DNA of 64,000 nucleotides from Candidatus Woesebacteria bacterium (GCA_013374855.1 CP055308.1:401833-465832); one strand, 5' to 3'. Counted from the stretch's first letter, positions 38,248 to 48,575 are shown. The notes: generated by a model from the sequence alone, not told the origin. Translations and numbers: made by a program.

Positions 38248-38843
38248 ATAAGTTTTTCTTCTTTTAAGAATTTTATTAGTTTTTCCTTTGATCTATACTG
38301 CCTGCCAATAGAAACAAAAAGACGGTTTATGTCTTTCCAGTATTTTTTGGGAAGGATCTTTTCTAGCTCTTTTTCTGTTTCTTCTGGATTTTTGGTTTTA
38401 ACCCACTTCAAGAGATTACTGATTCTGTGTACATGAGTATCAACAGCAATGGCGGGGATTTTAAAAGCTCGGTTTAGGACAATGTTGGCTGTCTTTCTGC
38501 CAACGCCCGGTAGTTTAGTAAGTTCTTCTCTGGTTGAGGGTATTTTCCCTTTATACTTGTTGACTATAGTACCTGCGAGTTTTTTGAGATATTTTGCCTT
38601 TGTTCTGTAAAAACCTACAGGATAGATAAGTTTTTCTATTTCTTTTGTATTTAATTTTGCAAGTCTTTTTATGTCTGGTGCCTTTTCAAAAAGTTTTAGA
38701 GCAGCTTTTATTGTGGTGTCATCGTTTGTTCGAGATGACATCAAAGTTGAGATTAAAGTTTTGTAAGGATTATTTCCAAAAACCTCAAGGGGAACTTCCT
38801 TATATCTTTTTTTAAAAGTTAAAAACACTTTTCTAAAATTCAT
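38241..38843 (-). CDS. endonuclease III-like HhH-GPD DNA glycosylase (no Fe-S cluster cysteines)
   Basis: HhH-GPD loop LTKLPGVGRKTANIVL, catalytic Asp in AVDTHVHRI; C-terminus lacks the 4-Cys cluster. Confidence 0.75.
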   Translation of the reverse strand: MNFRKVFLTFKKRYKEVPLEVFGNNPYKTLISTLMSSRTNDDTTIKAALKLFEKAPDIKRLAKLNTKEIEKLIYPVGFYRTKAKYLKKLAGTIVNKYKGKIPSTREELTKLPGVGRKTANIVLNRAFKIPAIAVDTHVHRISNLLKWVKTKNPEETEKELEKILPKKYWKDINRLFVSIGRQYRSKEKLIKFLKEEKLIQ

Positions 38844-38907
38844 TTTATCAACACAAAAGGAAAACCATTATGGCTTTCCTTTTGCTTTTTGGAAACAAGT
38901 TCAAAAT

Positions 38908-39045
38908 TTACTTTCCGACAATTTTGAACATTGTTGTTCCGCAAACCTCGCAAACAGCTTTTTTGGCTTTTTTGCCATTTTTCAAGGTAACATCTTGAAT
39001 GTTTTTACCTTCTCTTTTTGTTCGACATTTGACGCAGTAGAACAT
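38908..39045 (-). CDS. 45-aa zinc-ribbon protein (DUF5679-like), missed by ORF track
   Basis: Manual translation of minus strand: MFYCVKCRTKREGKNIQDVTLKNGKKAKKAVCEVCGTTMFKIVGK*; CxxC-x24-CxxC; strong SD (AAGGGGGTGAAGAGA) upstream of ATG. Confidence 0.7.
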   Translation of the reverse strand: MFYCVKCRTKREGKNIQDVTLKNGKKAKKAVCEVCGTTMFKIVGK

Positions 39046-39083
39046 TCTCTTCACCCCCTTTCTTTTGATTAGCCCTCGACTGA

Positions 39084-39368
39084 TTAAGGCTTATTCCAAA
39101 CAAAGTATAACACCACCTCTAAGCCTAGTATTAAAGCTGTTAAACCTAAACTTTTTAGAATATCCTTCTTAATTGTGTAAACCGATTTTTCTCTTTCCGT
39201 ATTTATGGGATTTTTTATAATTTTGTTTTCTATTCTTTGTTTTTTTGAATCTTGATCTAATTGACTCTTGACAAGGTTTTCTGTGTCTATTAACTGAATG
39301 CCTTTTGTACCGAAAATAAACGAATGGTTAGCTCTCAGTTTTTCTTTTTTTGTTCTTCGTTTTGACAT
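39084..39368 (-). CDS. small basic hypothetical protein with C-terminal TM
   Basis: 94-aa ORF, Lys/Arg-rich N-terminus, C-terminal LGLTALILGLEVVLYFVW. Confidence 0.35.
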   Translation of the reverse strand: MSKRRTKKEKLRANHSFIFGTKGIQLIDTENLVKSQLDQDSKKQRIENKIIKNPINTEREKSVYTIKKDILKSLGLTALILGLEVVLYFVWNKP

Positions 39369-39448
39369 AACCTACTTGGCCTTAATTTACACTAAAAAAG
39401 ACCTGAAAACAATATATTTCTTTTTGTTCTTGACATAAAAAAGACAAG

Positions 39449-39943
39449 ATGCAACAATGGTTGAGTTTTGGTATGAATTTGACAAGTCCCTTTTTTATCT
39501 GGCTTTTGGTAGTCAGTTTTTTTTCTTTGTTGGTTTTTTCTTTTAGTTTGTGGGTTTTTCTAAGGTTGAATCGTCTTATAAAAGATTCGGATAATCGTGG
39601 GCTGGTTAAAGTTTTTCAAAATTTAGTTAAGAATCAGAAGAAAAACGAAGAATTGTTTGATGAGGTTTTTAAGAAGGTTGAATCTCTTGAAAAGAAAAAT
39701 GTTTTTAATATTCAGAAGGTAGGTCTGGTAAGATTTAATCCTTTTAGTGAAATAGGAGGAGATCATAGTTTTTCGCTTGCTCTTTTGAATGGTAAAGATA
39801 GTGGTTTTGTAATAACAGGTTTGCATACTAGAGAAAGGACTAGGTTATACATAAAACCTATAAAAAAACTAGAAAGCAGTTATGGGTTATCTGAAGAGGA
39901 AAAGAAGGCCATTAAGGAGGCTTTGAAAAAGAAAAATGATTAA
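39449..39943 (+). CDS. DUF4446 family protein
   Basis: N-terminal TM, then GLVRFNPFSEIGGDHSFSLALLNGKDSGFVITGLHTRERTRLYIK matching the DUF4446 conserved core. Confidence 0.6.
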   Translation: MQQWLSFGMNLTSPFFIWLLVVSFFSLLVFSFSLWVFLRLNRLIKDSDNRGLVKVFQNLVKNQKKNEELFDEVFKKVESLEKKNVFNIQKVGLVRFNPFSEIGGDHSFSLALLNGKDSGFVITGLHTRERTRLYIKPIKKLESSYGLSEEEKKAIKEALKKKND

Positions 39944-41138
39944 CGATTTTTGGACATCTAAAAAATTTATGATTGTAGCAAGTTTTGTGGGTTTGTACCT
40001 TCTTTCCACAGGCGCCTCTCTTGCGATTTTTTCTTTTTTGGGAGGTGGTAAAGATGAAGTGGGAGTTGATGTGAACGGAAGTGTAGAAGAAGTTCGTTCA
40101 AAGATTGGAGAAGGTTTGCCTAAGACACAGGAGTGCCCTATAAATGGAGCTTTGTTTTCTAAACCAGAGGAAGCAATTTGGCAGAAAAGAAGGCCAATTG
40201 CTGCCGTTATTGAGAATCATGCTGATGCGAGGCCACAATCAGGGTTGTCTAAAGCGGATGTTGTGTATGAGGCTCTAGCAGAAGGTGGTATAACGCGCTT
40301 CTTGGCTATTTTTTATTGTGGCGCAGCGTCAGAAGAAGTTAAAATAGCGCCGGTAAGAAGTGCGAGGGTCTATTTTATTGATTGGGCGGCGGGTTATGGC
40401 AAGAATCCAATTTTTATGCATGTTGGAGGAGCTAATGATTTTGCGGGAACTGGTGAGACCGCAAAAGAGGTGCGGGCGCTTGAGCTTTTGCAAAGCATAG
40501 GTTGGCGTGTTCCTCGTGGAAATGATTTTGACACTACCTATGATTCTGGTTATCCTGTTTTTTGGAGAAATTATGAAAGGCTTGGAAGAAATGTTGCTAC
40601 AGAGCATACGATGATGGCTTCTCTTGACAAGGCTTATGCAGAGGCTGAAAAGAGAGGTTTTGCTTATAAGGATAAAAATGGTGTTGCTTGGGATATTAAT
40701 TTTAGGCCTTGGAAATTTGCCGATGGGAAGTCAAAATCCCAAACGGTAAAGGAAATTAGCTTCTCTTTTTGGAGCGATAAGCCGGATTATGATGTAACTT
40801 GGAAATATGATCCTGCCAATAATGAATACCTCAGGTTTAACGGCGGTAAGGAACATATGGATCTTGAAACCAAAAAACAACTTGTTGCCAAAAATGTGGC
40901 AGTCATTTTTACTCAAGAAAAGAGCTCTATTGATGCACATAAACACAACTGGTACAGGACAATAGGTAAAGGAGAAGCTCTGATTTTCCAGAATGGTGAA
41001 GTGATATCCGCCAATTGGAGTAAAGATTCAAGGGAATCAATGATAACCTTTACTGATAAAAAGGGAAAAGAGATATCTTTTGTGAGGGGTCCGATTTGGG
41101 TAGAGGTTTTATCAGATGGGACAAAAGTTAATTATTAG
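39936..41138 (+). CDS. DUF3048 (YerB-like) extracytoplasmic protein
   Basis: N-terminal TM; RRPIAAVIENHADARPQSGLSKADVVYEALAEGGITRFLAIF matches the DUF3048 N-domain signature. Confidence 0.65.
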   Translation: MINDFWTSKKFMIVASFVGLYLLSTGASLAIFSFLGGGKDEVGVDVNGSVEEVRSKIGEGLPKTQECPINGALFSKPEEAIWQKRRPIAAVIENHADARPQSGLSKADVVYEALAEGGITRFLAIFYCGAASEEVKIAPVRSARVYFIDWAAGYGKNPIFMHVGGANDFAGTGETAKEVRALELLQSIGWRVPRGNDFDTTYDSGYPVFWRNYERLGRNVATEHTMMASLDKAYAEAEKRGFAYKDKNGVAWDINFRPWKFADGKSKSQTVKEISFSFWSDKPDYDVTWKYDPANNEYLRFNGGKEHMDLETKKQLVAKNVAVIFTQEKSSIDAHKHNWYRTIGKGEALIFQNGEVISANWSKDSRESMITFTDKKGKEISFVRGPIWVEVLSDGTKVNY

Positions 41139-41178
41139 TGTATAATTCATTTTATAGCTTTCCTGCCCACAATTTAAG

Positions 41179-41763
41179 ATGGCGAGTCTTTCAGATATTA
41201 TAACTTCAAGAGTAAGAGTGAAAGTGTTGGAACTTTTCTTCTCCAACATTAATGAGCTTTATCATGTGAGAGGAATAGCCCGTGAGTTGAAGGAAGAGAT
41301 AAATGCAGTGAGATTAGTTTTAGCTGGTCTTGAGAAGGCAGGGGTTATCAAGAAAGAAACAAGAGGCAATAGGGTCTATTATTGGCCTCGTCAAGATTAT
41401 CCTTTTTTTGAAGATGTTCTTTCTATGGTTGCAAAAACTACAGGTCTTGGGGCGAGAATTATAGAAAATAGAAGAAAAGTAGGGAACATAAACTGGGTAA
41501 TGTTTTCTGGGAGATTTGTGAGAAGAATTAGAAGGTTGAAGGAGGATGAGGTTGATATTCTTGTTGTTGGAGATATTGTTTTACCTGAACTTGCGACCCT
41601 TATTCGTCATGAAGAAGCTGCAAGAAATATGGAAATAAATTATACTGTTATGTCAAGAGAGGAATTTGAATTTAGAAAAAAAAGACGAGACCCCTTTTTG
41701 CTTTCTGTTCTTTCTTCTTCACGCGTAATGATTATTGGAGATGAAGAAAGTCTTGTGGCATAA
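41179..41763 (+). CDS. hypothetical DNA-binding protein with predicted N-terminal winged-helix
   Basis: N-terminal 70 aa resemble a wHTH (…LAGLEKAGVIKKETRGNRVYYW…); C-terminal half unassigned. Confidence 0.35.
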   Translation: MASLSDIITSRVRVKVLELFFSNINELYHVRGIARELKEEINAVRLVLAGLEKAGVIKKETRGNRVYYWPRQDYPFFEDVLSMVAKTTGLGARIIENRRKVGNINWVMFSGRFVRRIRRLKEDEVDILVVGDIVLPELATLIRHEEAARNMEINYTVMSREEFEFRKKRRDPFLLSVLSSSRVMIIGDEESLVA

Positions 41764-41771
41764 TTATTTTT

Positions 41772-43127
41772 ATGAAATTTGTAAAGACCCCTCTTTTTAA
41801 GGTGTTTTTGATTTTTATTTTTACGTTGATTTGTCTTTATATTGATTTTCCATCTTCTTTCCCGGTTAAGCTTAATTTTTTCGGTCATTCTTTTGAATTC
41901 AATTTTATAAGGAGAGACCTTAATATTTCTTGGGGTAATTTTAATCTGAAAAGAAGTTTTGACTTGAAGCTTGGTCTTGATCTGGCGGGTGGAAGTCATT
42001 TAGTTTTTGAGGCAGATTTAAGTAAGTTTCCGGATAGTGAAAAGGAGCAAGCCATGGAATCTCTTAAGGCGGTTATTGAGCGAAGAGTAAATCTTTTTGG
42101 TGTATCGGAACCAAATATTCAAACCTCTTCTTTTGAGGGTAGAAGAAGAGTAATTGTAGAGCTACCGGGCGTGACTGATCCAAAGGATGCCATCTCTCTG
42201 ATAGGGAGTACCGCACAGCTTGTTTTCGCAGAGATTAAAGAGAATGGAGATGAAAAAGAAAATGCTTTATCTTTTAGCGATTTAACAGGGGCTGACTTGA
42301 AAAGGGCTAATGTTGTTTTTGACAGAACCACTGGCAAACCAGCTGTGGGCCTTGAATTTACTCCAGATGGCTCTTTAAAGTTTGAAAAATTAACAGAGAA
42401 AAATGTAGGGAAAGTTGTGCCCATTCTTCTTGATAATGAGGTTGTATCTGCTCCTCTTGTGAGAGAAAAAATATCAGGAGGCCAGGCGCAGATCACAGGT
42501 GATTTTACTCTTGAGGAGGCCAAAAGAATGGTTGTGCAATTAAATGCTGGAGCTCTACCCGTCCCTGTGAACTTGGTTGAACAAAGAGTGGTTGGGGCGA
42601 CACTTGGAGAAGAATCAATTCAAAAAAGTATTAACGCAGGGCTTGTTGGTTTGGTAATGGTTGGACTTTTTATGTTTTTATCTTATGGGTGGCTTGGTTT
42701 TGTTGCTGTTATTGCCCTTTTTGTTTTTGCTACTGTTTCTTTGGCTTTGTATAAGCTTATTCCTATCGTATTAACACTTCCTGGAATTGCTGGGTTTTTG
42801 CTTTCAGTTGGAATGGCAGTAGATTCAAATATTTTGATTTTTGAGAGATTCAAAGAAGAAAGACTAAAACGAGAGTCTATAAGAGAGGCTTTGGAAGTTG
42901 CTTTTGGTCGAGCTTGGGATTCAATAAGAGATGCTAACTTTGCAACTCTGGCCTCTGCTTTTATTTTAGCCAATCCTCTTGATTGGGGATTTTTACACAC
43001 TTCAGGTCCTGTAAGAGGATTTGCAATAACCCTAGCTTTAGGTGTTGTTTTAAGTATGTTTACAGGTATTATAGTTTCAAGAAATTTACTTAGAGTTTTG
43101 GTTAGAGAAAGAAAAAAGAATGATTAA
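41772..43127 (+). CDS. secD: protein translocase subunit SecD
   Basis: LKLGLDLAGGSHLVFEAD, periplasmic P1 domain, C-terminal 6-TM core. Confidence 0.9.
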   Translation: MKFVKTPLFKVFLIFIFTLICLYIDFPSSFPVKLNFFGHSFEFNFIRRDLNISWGNFNLKRSFDLKLGLDLAGGSHLVFEADLSKFPDSEKEQAMESLKAVIERRVNLFGVSEPNIQTSSFEGRRRVIVELPGVTDPKDAISLIGSTAQLVFAEIKENGDEKENALSFSDLTGADLKRANVVFDRTTGKPAVGLEFTPDGSLKFEKLTEKNVGKVVPILLDNEVVSAPLVREKISGGQAQITGDFTLEEAKRMVVQLNAGALPVPVNLVEQRVVGATLGEESIQKSINAGLVGLVMVGLFMFLSYGWLGFVAVIALFVFATVSLALYKLIPIVLTLPGIAGFLLSVGMAVDSNILIFERFKEERLKRESIREALEVAFGRAWDSIRDANFATLASAFILANPLDWGFLHTSGPVRGFAITLALGVVLSMFTGIIVSRNLLRVLVRERKKND

Positions 43128-44004
43128 TTGGTTAAAGTTTAAATATTTTTATTTTGTTTTTTCATTTTTTATTTTACTGCTGGGAGTGGTTGGAATATGG
43201 AAGTGGGGTTTTGTTTTGGGAATTGATTTTTCTGGTGGTGTGTTAGCAGAGTATAAAATTGAAGGGAATCTATCCACAGAAGCAGTCAAGTCAGAAATTG
43301 AGGGTAAGCTTTCTGTTAGTGTTTTCTCCATTTTACCAGTGAAGGGAACCAGCAATTATATTTTTAAATTAGCAGGTTTGCCTTTTGAGAAAAAGGATGA
43401 ACTTACTTCTGTGATTTCTTCAGTATCGAATGCTAAAGTTGAGCTGGTTAAGTATGAGGAAGTTGGTCCATCAATAGGCCCGGAGCTTATTAAGAAAACT
43501 ATTTATGCTATTGTTCTAGGTTCATTCTTTATTCTTTTGCTTTTGGCGAAACAATTTAAAGAAATAAAATATGGGGTATGCGCAATACTTGCTATGCTTC
43601 ATGATAGTATGGTTTTGTTGGGATCTTTTTCTTGGCTTGGACATTTTTTTGGAGCGGAGGTGGATTTCCTTTTTGTGACAGCGCTTCTTACCACCCTTTC
43701 ATTTTCTGTTCATGATACCATTGTTGTTTATGATAGGATAAGAGAGATTACCAGGAGGGAAGTTGGTGGTTTTGAATCAATTGCCAATCGTGCTCTAACA
43801 GAAACTATGGTTCGGTCGTTGAATAATTCTTTTACCATAGTTTTTATGCTTGTGGCAATGATCCTTTTGGGTGGTGCTACAATTAGGTGGTTTGCAATAG
43901 CCCTTCTTATAGGAACGGTATCTGGAACTTATTCTTCACCTTTTGTGGCAGTCCCCTTACTTGTGTTTTATCACAAGTGGAAAGAGAAAAGAAGAGATTT
44001 CTAG
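43120..44004 (+). CDS. secF: protein translocase subunit SecF
   Basis: GIDFSGGVLAEYK and 6-TM C-terminus; overlaps secD stop. Confidence 0.9.
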   Translation: MINWLKFKYFYFVFSFFILLLGVVGIWKWGFVLGIDFSGGVLAEYKIEGNLSTEAVKSEIEGKLSVSVFSILPVKGTSNYIFKLAGLPFEKKDELTSVISSVSNAKVELVKYEEVGPSIGPELIKKTIYAIVLGSFFILLLLAKQFKEIKYGVCAILAMLHDSMVLLGSFSWLGHFFGAEVDFLFVTALLTTLSFSVHDTIVVYDRIREITRREVGGFESIANRALTETMVRSLNNSFTIVFMLVAMILLGGATIRWFAIALLIGTVSGTYSSPFVAVPLLVFYHKWKEKRRDF

Positions 44005-45398
44005 TCTGTTTGATTTTGAGCCATTAGTTTTGCTTCTTTTTCTAGGTCTTCGGCTGTGTTTGATATTTGATTGCTTATTACTTTTTCAAAGAGTTTATCT
44101 AGGATTTCTCCCACCTTAGGTCCCGGTCTAATCTTAAATATTTCCATAATTTTGTCACCTTTTATTTTTAAGTCATGTACCGTAAATGGTTTTTTCTGGA
44201 CTTCAATGAGTCTCTTTTTGAATTCTTCAAGCCGCCAGCTTGTTTCTTTTGCTCCACTTCCCAGTCTGTCTCCAACTCTTATATCAATAATGTCTTTTAT
44301 ATTATCTTGTCCTACTTCTCGGACGAATCTTCTTATAGCAGAGTCAGTTTGGTTTTCGTCAACCGTGAATTGATGGTATCTTACAAGTTTGAATAGTTTT
44401 TCTTTTTGCCTTTTGGAGAATTTTAATCTCTCTGCAATTTGAATTGCTATTCTTGCACCTATTACCTCGTGGTTGTAGAAGGTGATTATTCCATTTTCTG
44501 TTTTTTTGTAGGTTTTGTATTTTCCGATATCATGAATTAGGGACGCAAAGCGGGTTATAGGGTCTGTGTTTCTTTCAGCAGTATATTTTAAAGTTAGTAC
44601 AGAATGGGTTCCCACATCATAAATGTGGTGTCTGTTGGGGGAGACTTGATCTACTCCGAAGCATTTTTCAAGTTCTGGAATTATTATTTCCAGAAGTCCT
44701 GTCTCTTTTAACTTTAGAATTCCTTCGTGTGGGTAGTTGGAAGATAATATTTTTAGTAATTCATCTCTTATTCTTTCGGAAGAAATTTTTTTGAGGAGAA
44801 CAGCGTTGTTTTTAATTGCTTCTTTTGTTTTTTCTTCGATATCGAAGTTTAGTTCGGTTGCAATTCTGACCGCTCGTGCCATTCTTAAGGCATCTTCTAG
44901 AAATCGTTCGGTTGGATTGCCAACTGCTCTTATGATCTTGCTTTCTAGATCATCTCGACCTCCGTAATAATCTATTAAAGTGATTTCATATTTGTTCTTT
45001 TTTAGTTTGACTTTTAGAGCCATTGCATTTATAGTAAAGTCCCTTCTTTGTAAATCTTCTTCTAGTGTTTTTCCCCATTTAATCTCTGAAGGATGTCTTT
45101 GGTCTTTATAGTCTCTTTCTGTTCTAAAAGTGGTGATTTCAAAGGGTCTTTGAAAGTTTTCAAATTTTATCCCAACTGTTCCGAATTGATTGTCATAGAA
45201 AGCTTTCTTAAGAAAAGAGAGCATTTGTTCTGGGGTGGCATTGGTGGTAAAGTCCCAGTCGTAGACAGGTTTTTCCATAATAAGGTCTCTCACTGCACCC
45301 CCGACTATGTAAATTTCAAATCTGTTCTGTTCGAATAGTTTGATTATTTTTAATACTTCTGTTGGTAATTTGTACTGCATTATATTATTATACTTCAA
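44001..45398 (-). CDS. cca: CCA-adding tRNA nucleotidyltransferase with C-terminal HD domain
   Basis: Pol-beta-like head IVGGAVRDLIM...DWDFTT; HD motif LIHDIGK; about 465 aa. Confidence 0.88.
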   Translation of the reverse strand: MKYNNIMQYKLPTEVLKIIKLFEQNRFEIYIVGGAVRDLIMEKPVYDWDFTTNATPEQMLSFLKKAFYDNQFGTVGIKFENFQRPFEITTFRTERDYKDQRHPSEIKWGKTLEEDLQRRDFTINAMALKVKLKKNKYEITLIDYYGGRDDLESKIIRAVGNPTERFLEDALRMARAVRIATELNFDIEEKTKEAIKNNAVLLKKISSERIRDELLKILSSNYPHEGILKLKETGLLEIIIPELEKCFGVDQVSPNRHHIYDVGTHSVLTLKYTAERNTDPITRFASLIHDIGKYKTYKKTENGIITFYNHEVIGARIAIQIAERLKFSKRQKEKLFKLVRYHQFTVDENQTDSAIRRFVREVGQDNIKDIIDIRVGDRLGSGAKETSWRLEEFKKRLIEVQKKPFTVHDLKIKGDKIMEIFKIRPGPKVGEILDKLFEKVISNQISNTAEDLEKEAKLMAQNQTD

Positions 45399-45400
45399 TA

Positions 45401-47086
45401 ATGGAAAAAGTTGGTTTTTCTGGCAAAATTTGGAAAATATGGGGCAGAAAGCCTCTTTCTAATCACAAGGAAATAATTGATTTTTTGCTCAAGAGAAGAG
45501 GGCTTAATTCTTTGAAGGAAAAAAGAGAGTTTCTTTATCCTTTATCACCTTTTGATATGAGTTTCTCTGATTTTGGTTTGGATAGGAAAAGTATTTCTGA
45601 TGCCTTGAACATTTTGGAAAAGAATTGGGGTAACAAAATAGTCATTTATGGTGATTATGATGCTGATGGAATCACATCTACTGCTGTTTTGTGGGAGGCT
45701 CTATACTCTCGTGGTTTTGATGTTATTCCATATCTTCCAGATAGGGGCAAAGAAGGATATGGAATAAAGGCGGAAAGTGTTTTTGGTTTAAAAAAGAAGT
45801 ACCCCAATCTTTCCCTTGTTATTACTGTGGATAATGGAATTGTTGCAGTTGGTGATATTAGAAAAGTAAAGGCAGAAGGAATCTCGGTAATAATTGTTGA
45901 CCATCATCAAAAAGGTAAGGAAGTTCCTAAAGCTGATGCTATTGTTCATACAACAAAAGTAGCAGGAGTGGGTGTAGTTTGGAATTTGGCCCGTGCAATT
46001 AGAAAAGAATTTCCTATCTCTAATTCTTTTTATGACAACGACGGTCTTGATCTTGCTGCAATTGGAACGATAGCAGATCAAGTACCTCTAATCGGACCAA
46101 ACAGAAGTTTGGTCAAATATGGTATTGAATCTTTGAGACAAACGAAAAGAAAAGGACTCCTTGAACTTTTTAAAGAGGCTGGAATTGCAAAGGAGAAAGT
46201 CGGTACTTATGAGGTTAACTTTGTTATTTCTCCTCGCATAAATGCTGTGGGTAGGATTTCCCATGCGCTTGAATCCTTACAGCTTTTGTGCACGAAGGAT
46301 AAGGAGAGAGCGGAAAAATTAGCACTTCATCTAGGGAAAGTAAATAGAGAAAGACAAAAACTTTTAGATGATTTTTTTCTTGATGCAAGGGAGAGGTTTC
46401 TTAAGACAGGCCTTGATAGAAAAATAATTTTTGTTGCAAGCAAAGATTACACAGAGGGAATTGTAGGACTGGTGGCTTCGAGATTAGTTGAAGAATTTTA
46501 TCATCCGGCGATAGTAATTTCGCTTAAAGACAAAACTTCCAAAGGTTCTTGTCGCTCAATTCCTGGGTTTAATATAACAGAGGCATTAAGAGATATTGAT
46601 GAGAATTTTTTTGATTCTTTGGGTGGTCATCCTCTGGCAGCAGGGTTTTCTATTCTAACAGAGAAGGTGAAGGATTTTGAAAAGAAAATTGAGCGTTATG
46701 CTAAAAGAAAATTATCTGATGATTTATTACAACCGAAAATTGATATTGACCTTGAAATTTCTGCAGAGTCTATTGACAAAGGTTTGGTAGACAAGCTTTC
46801 AGGTTTTGAGCCTTTGGGTGTTGGTAATTCTGCCCCCTTGTTTTTTTCTAGGAATATGAACATTATTGATGTGAGGAAAATAGGCAAAAATGGTGAGCAT
46901 TTGAAGCTGTTTGTCTATTCTGGTGGGAAAACTTTTGAGGCAGTTGCTTTTAATGCCGGATCTTTTTTTGAGAGATTAAGGGTTGGTCAAAATGTTGATT
47001 TTGTTTATAATCTAGAGATAAATAGTTGGAATGGAAACTCTAGTGTCTGCCTTAAGATAAAAGATTTAGCAGAAAGTGGAAGATAA
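45401..47086 (+). CDS. recJ: single-stranded-DNA-specific exonuclease RecJ
   Basis: DHH motifs IYGDYDADGITSTAVL and VIIVDHHQ, DHHA1 region GGHPLAAGFS; start set at MEKVGF (track ORF starts at 45362 and overlaps divergent cca). Confidence 0.9.
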   Translation: MEKVGFSGKIWKIWGRKPLSNHKEIIDFLLKRRGLNSLKEKREFLYPLSPFDMSFSDFGLDRKSISDALNILEKNWGNKIVIYGDYDADGITSTAVLWEALYSRGFDVIPYLPDRGKEGYGIKAESVFGLKKKYPNLSLVITVDNGIVAVGDIRKVKAEGISVIIVDHHQKGKEVPKADAIVHTTKVAGVGVVWNLARAIRKEFPISNSFYDNDGLDLAAIGTIADQVPLIGPNRSLVKYGIESLRQTKRKGLLELFKEAGIAKEKVGTYEVNFVISPRINAVGRISHALESLQLLCTKDKERAEKLALHLGKVNRERQKLLDDFFLDARERFLKTGLDRKIIFVASKDYTEGIVGLVASRLVEEFYHPAIVISLKDKTSKGSCRSIPGFNITEALRDIDENFFDSLGGHPLAAGFSILTEKVKDFEKKIERYAKRKLSDDLLQPKIDIDLEISAESIDKGLVDKLSGFEPLGVGNSAPLFFSRNMNIIDVRKIGKNGEHLKLFVYSGGKTFEAVAFNAGSFFERLRVGQNVDFVYNLEINSWNGNSSVCLKIKDLAESGR

Positions 47087-48575
47087 ACTTAATGAATTAG
47101 TCAAAAGAGTCCTTTCTTACAACAAAAGCAGTAATTTAAATCTGGCTGAGAGCAGATTGTTAAAGGCTTATAATTTTGCCTCAAATGCTCATTTGGGTCA
47201 AAAAAGGTTATCAGGTGAGCCTTATATTATCCACCTTCTTGAAACATCATTGATATTGGCTGATTGGAAAATGGATTTGACTACGGTAGTAGCAGGCCTT
47301 TTGCATGATTGTATTGAGGATGCGGGGGTGAGTCTGGATCAGATTTCTCAAGAATTTGGTGAAGATGTAGCTAAAATAGTGGATGGTGTAACTAAAGTTT
47401 CTAAAGTTAGGCTGCGTGGCAGCAAGGATGATGTGTTTGTTGAGAATCTTCGTAAAATGTTTTTGGCTATGGCTTCCGATTTGAGAGTTGTGTTTGTTAA
47501 ATTAGCAGATAGAATGCACAACATGCGCACTCTTTGGGCTCTACCCCTTGAGAAACAAAAGAAGATAGCTTCAGAAACTTTGGAGATTTATGCTCCTCTT
47601 GCGGAAAGGCTTGGAATGGGCGAAATTAAAGGAGTCTTAGAGGATTTGTCTTTTTATTACCTTTACAAGGAAGAATATGACAAATTGATTAAAGTTTCTC
47701 GCCCGTATTACAAAAAAGCGGAAGAGATTATTAAGATAGCCAAAGCGAAAATTCTTCGTTCACTATCTCAATATGGAATTAGGGCAAGAGTTCAAGCAAG
47801 GAAGAAACACTTTTATTCTCTTTGGACAAAGCTTAAAAGACCCGAGATAGATGGAGATTTTGAAAAAATATACGATATTGTAGCTTTGAGAGTAATAGTT
47901 GGGGACGATGATGTTCCTTCTTGTTATTCTGCTTTGGGAATAATTCATAGTTTTTATAAGCCTGTTCCTTTTCTTGGAATTTCTGATTTTATATCTCAAC
48001 CTAAACCGAATGGATATCGATCAATTCATACTAAAGTTTTTGGTCCGAAGGGTAGGATTTTGGAAATTCAGATAAGAACAGAAAAGATGCATGAGGAGGC
48101 AGAGTATGGTTTAGCTGCCCATTGGGCTTACAGCAGTGTGAAATCAAAGTCTGTTTCTAATTCTTATCTTGAGGGAAAGAGTGTTTTTGCCCCCATTGAT
48201 AAGATGTCTTGGGTAAAGCAACTAGTTGACTGGCAGAAGGAAATTAAAGATTCGCGTGAATATTTAAATGCAGTTCGGTTTGATGCATTGAAACATCGAA
48301 ATTTTGTTTTTTCTCCTGCGGGGGATGTTTATGATTTGCCAGTTGGTGCAACTCCTGTTGATTTTGCTTATGCTGTACATACCAAGCTTGGGAATTATAT
48401 CAAGGGTGCCAGGGTGAATGGAAAGATAGTTCCGCTTGATTACAGATTGAGAAGCGGAGATGTTGTTGAAATTATAAAAAGCAAATCTTTCCAAAAGCCG
48501 CGTGCTGATTGGCTTGAATTTGTTGCAACCAGTTTAGCTAGGAGAGAGATTAAGAAAACTCTTCGCCAGTCTTGA
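47076..48575 (+). CDS. RelA/SpoT-homolog (p)ppGpp synthetase/hydrolase, short form (HD, synthetase and TGS domains; no ACT/RRM domain)
   Basis: HD: HLLETSLILADW...LLHDCIEDAG; synthetase: DIVALRVIV...YRSIHTKVFGP; TGS: VFSPAGDVYDLPVGATPVDFAYAVHTKLG; 499 aa. Confidence 0.88.
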   Translation: MEDKLNELVKRVLSYNKSSNLNLAESRLLKAYNFASNAHLGQKRLSGEPYIIHLLETSLILADWKMDLTTVVAGLLHDCIEDAGVSLDQISQEFGEDVAKIVDGVTKVSKVRLRGSKDDVFVENLRKMFLAMASDLRVVFVKLADRMHNMRTLWALPLEKQKKIASETLEIYAPLAERLGMGEIKGVLEDLSFYYLYKEEYDKLIKVSRPYYKKAEEIIKIAKAKILRSLSQYGIRARVQARKKHFYSLWTKLKRPEIDGDFEKIYDIVALRVIVGDDDVPSCYSALGIIHSFYKPVPFLGISDFISQPKPNGYRSIHTKVFGPKGRILEIQIRTEKMHEEAEYGLAAHWAYSSVKSKSVSNSYLEGKSVFAPIDKMSWVKQLVDWQKEIKDSREYLNAVRFDALKHRNFVFSPAGDVYDLPVGATPVDFAYAVHTKLGNYIKGARVNGKIVPLDYRLRSGDVVEIIKSKSFQKPRADWLEFVATSLARREIKKTLRQS

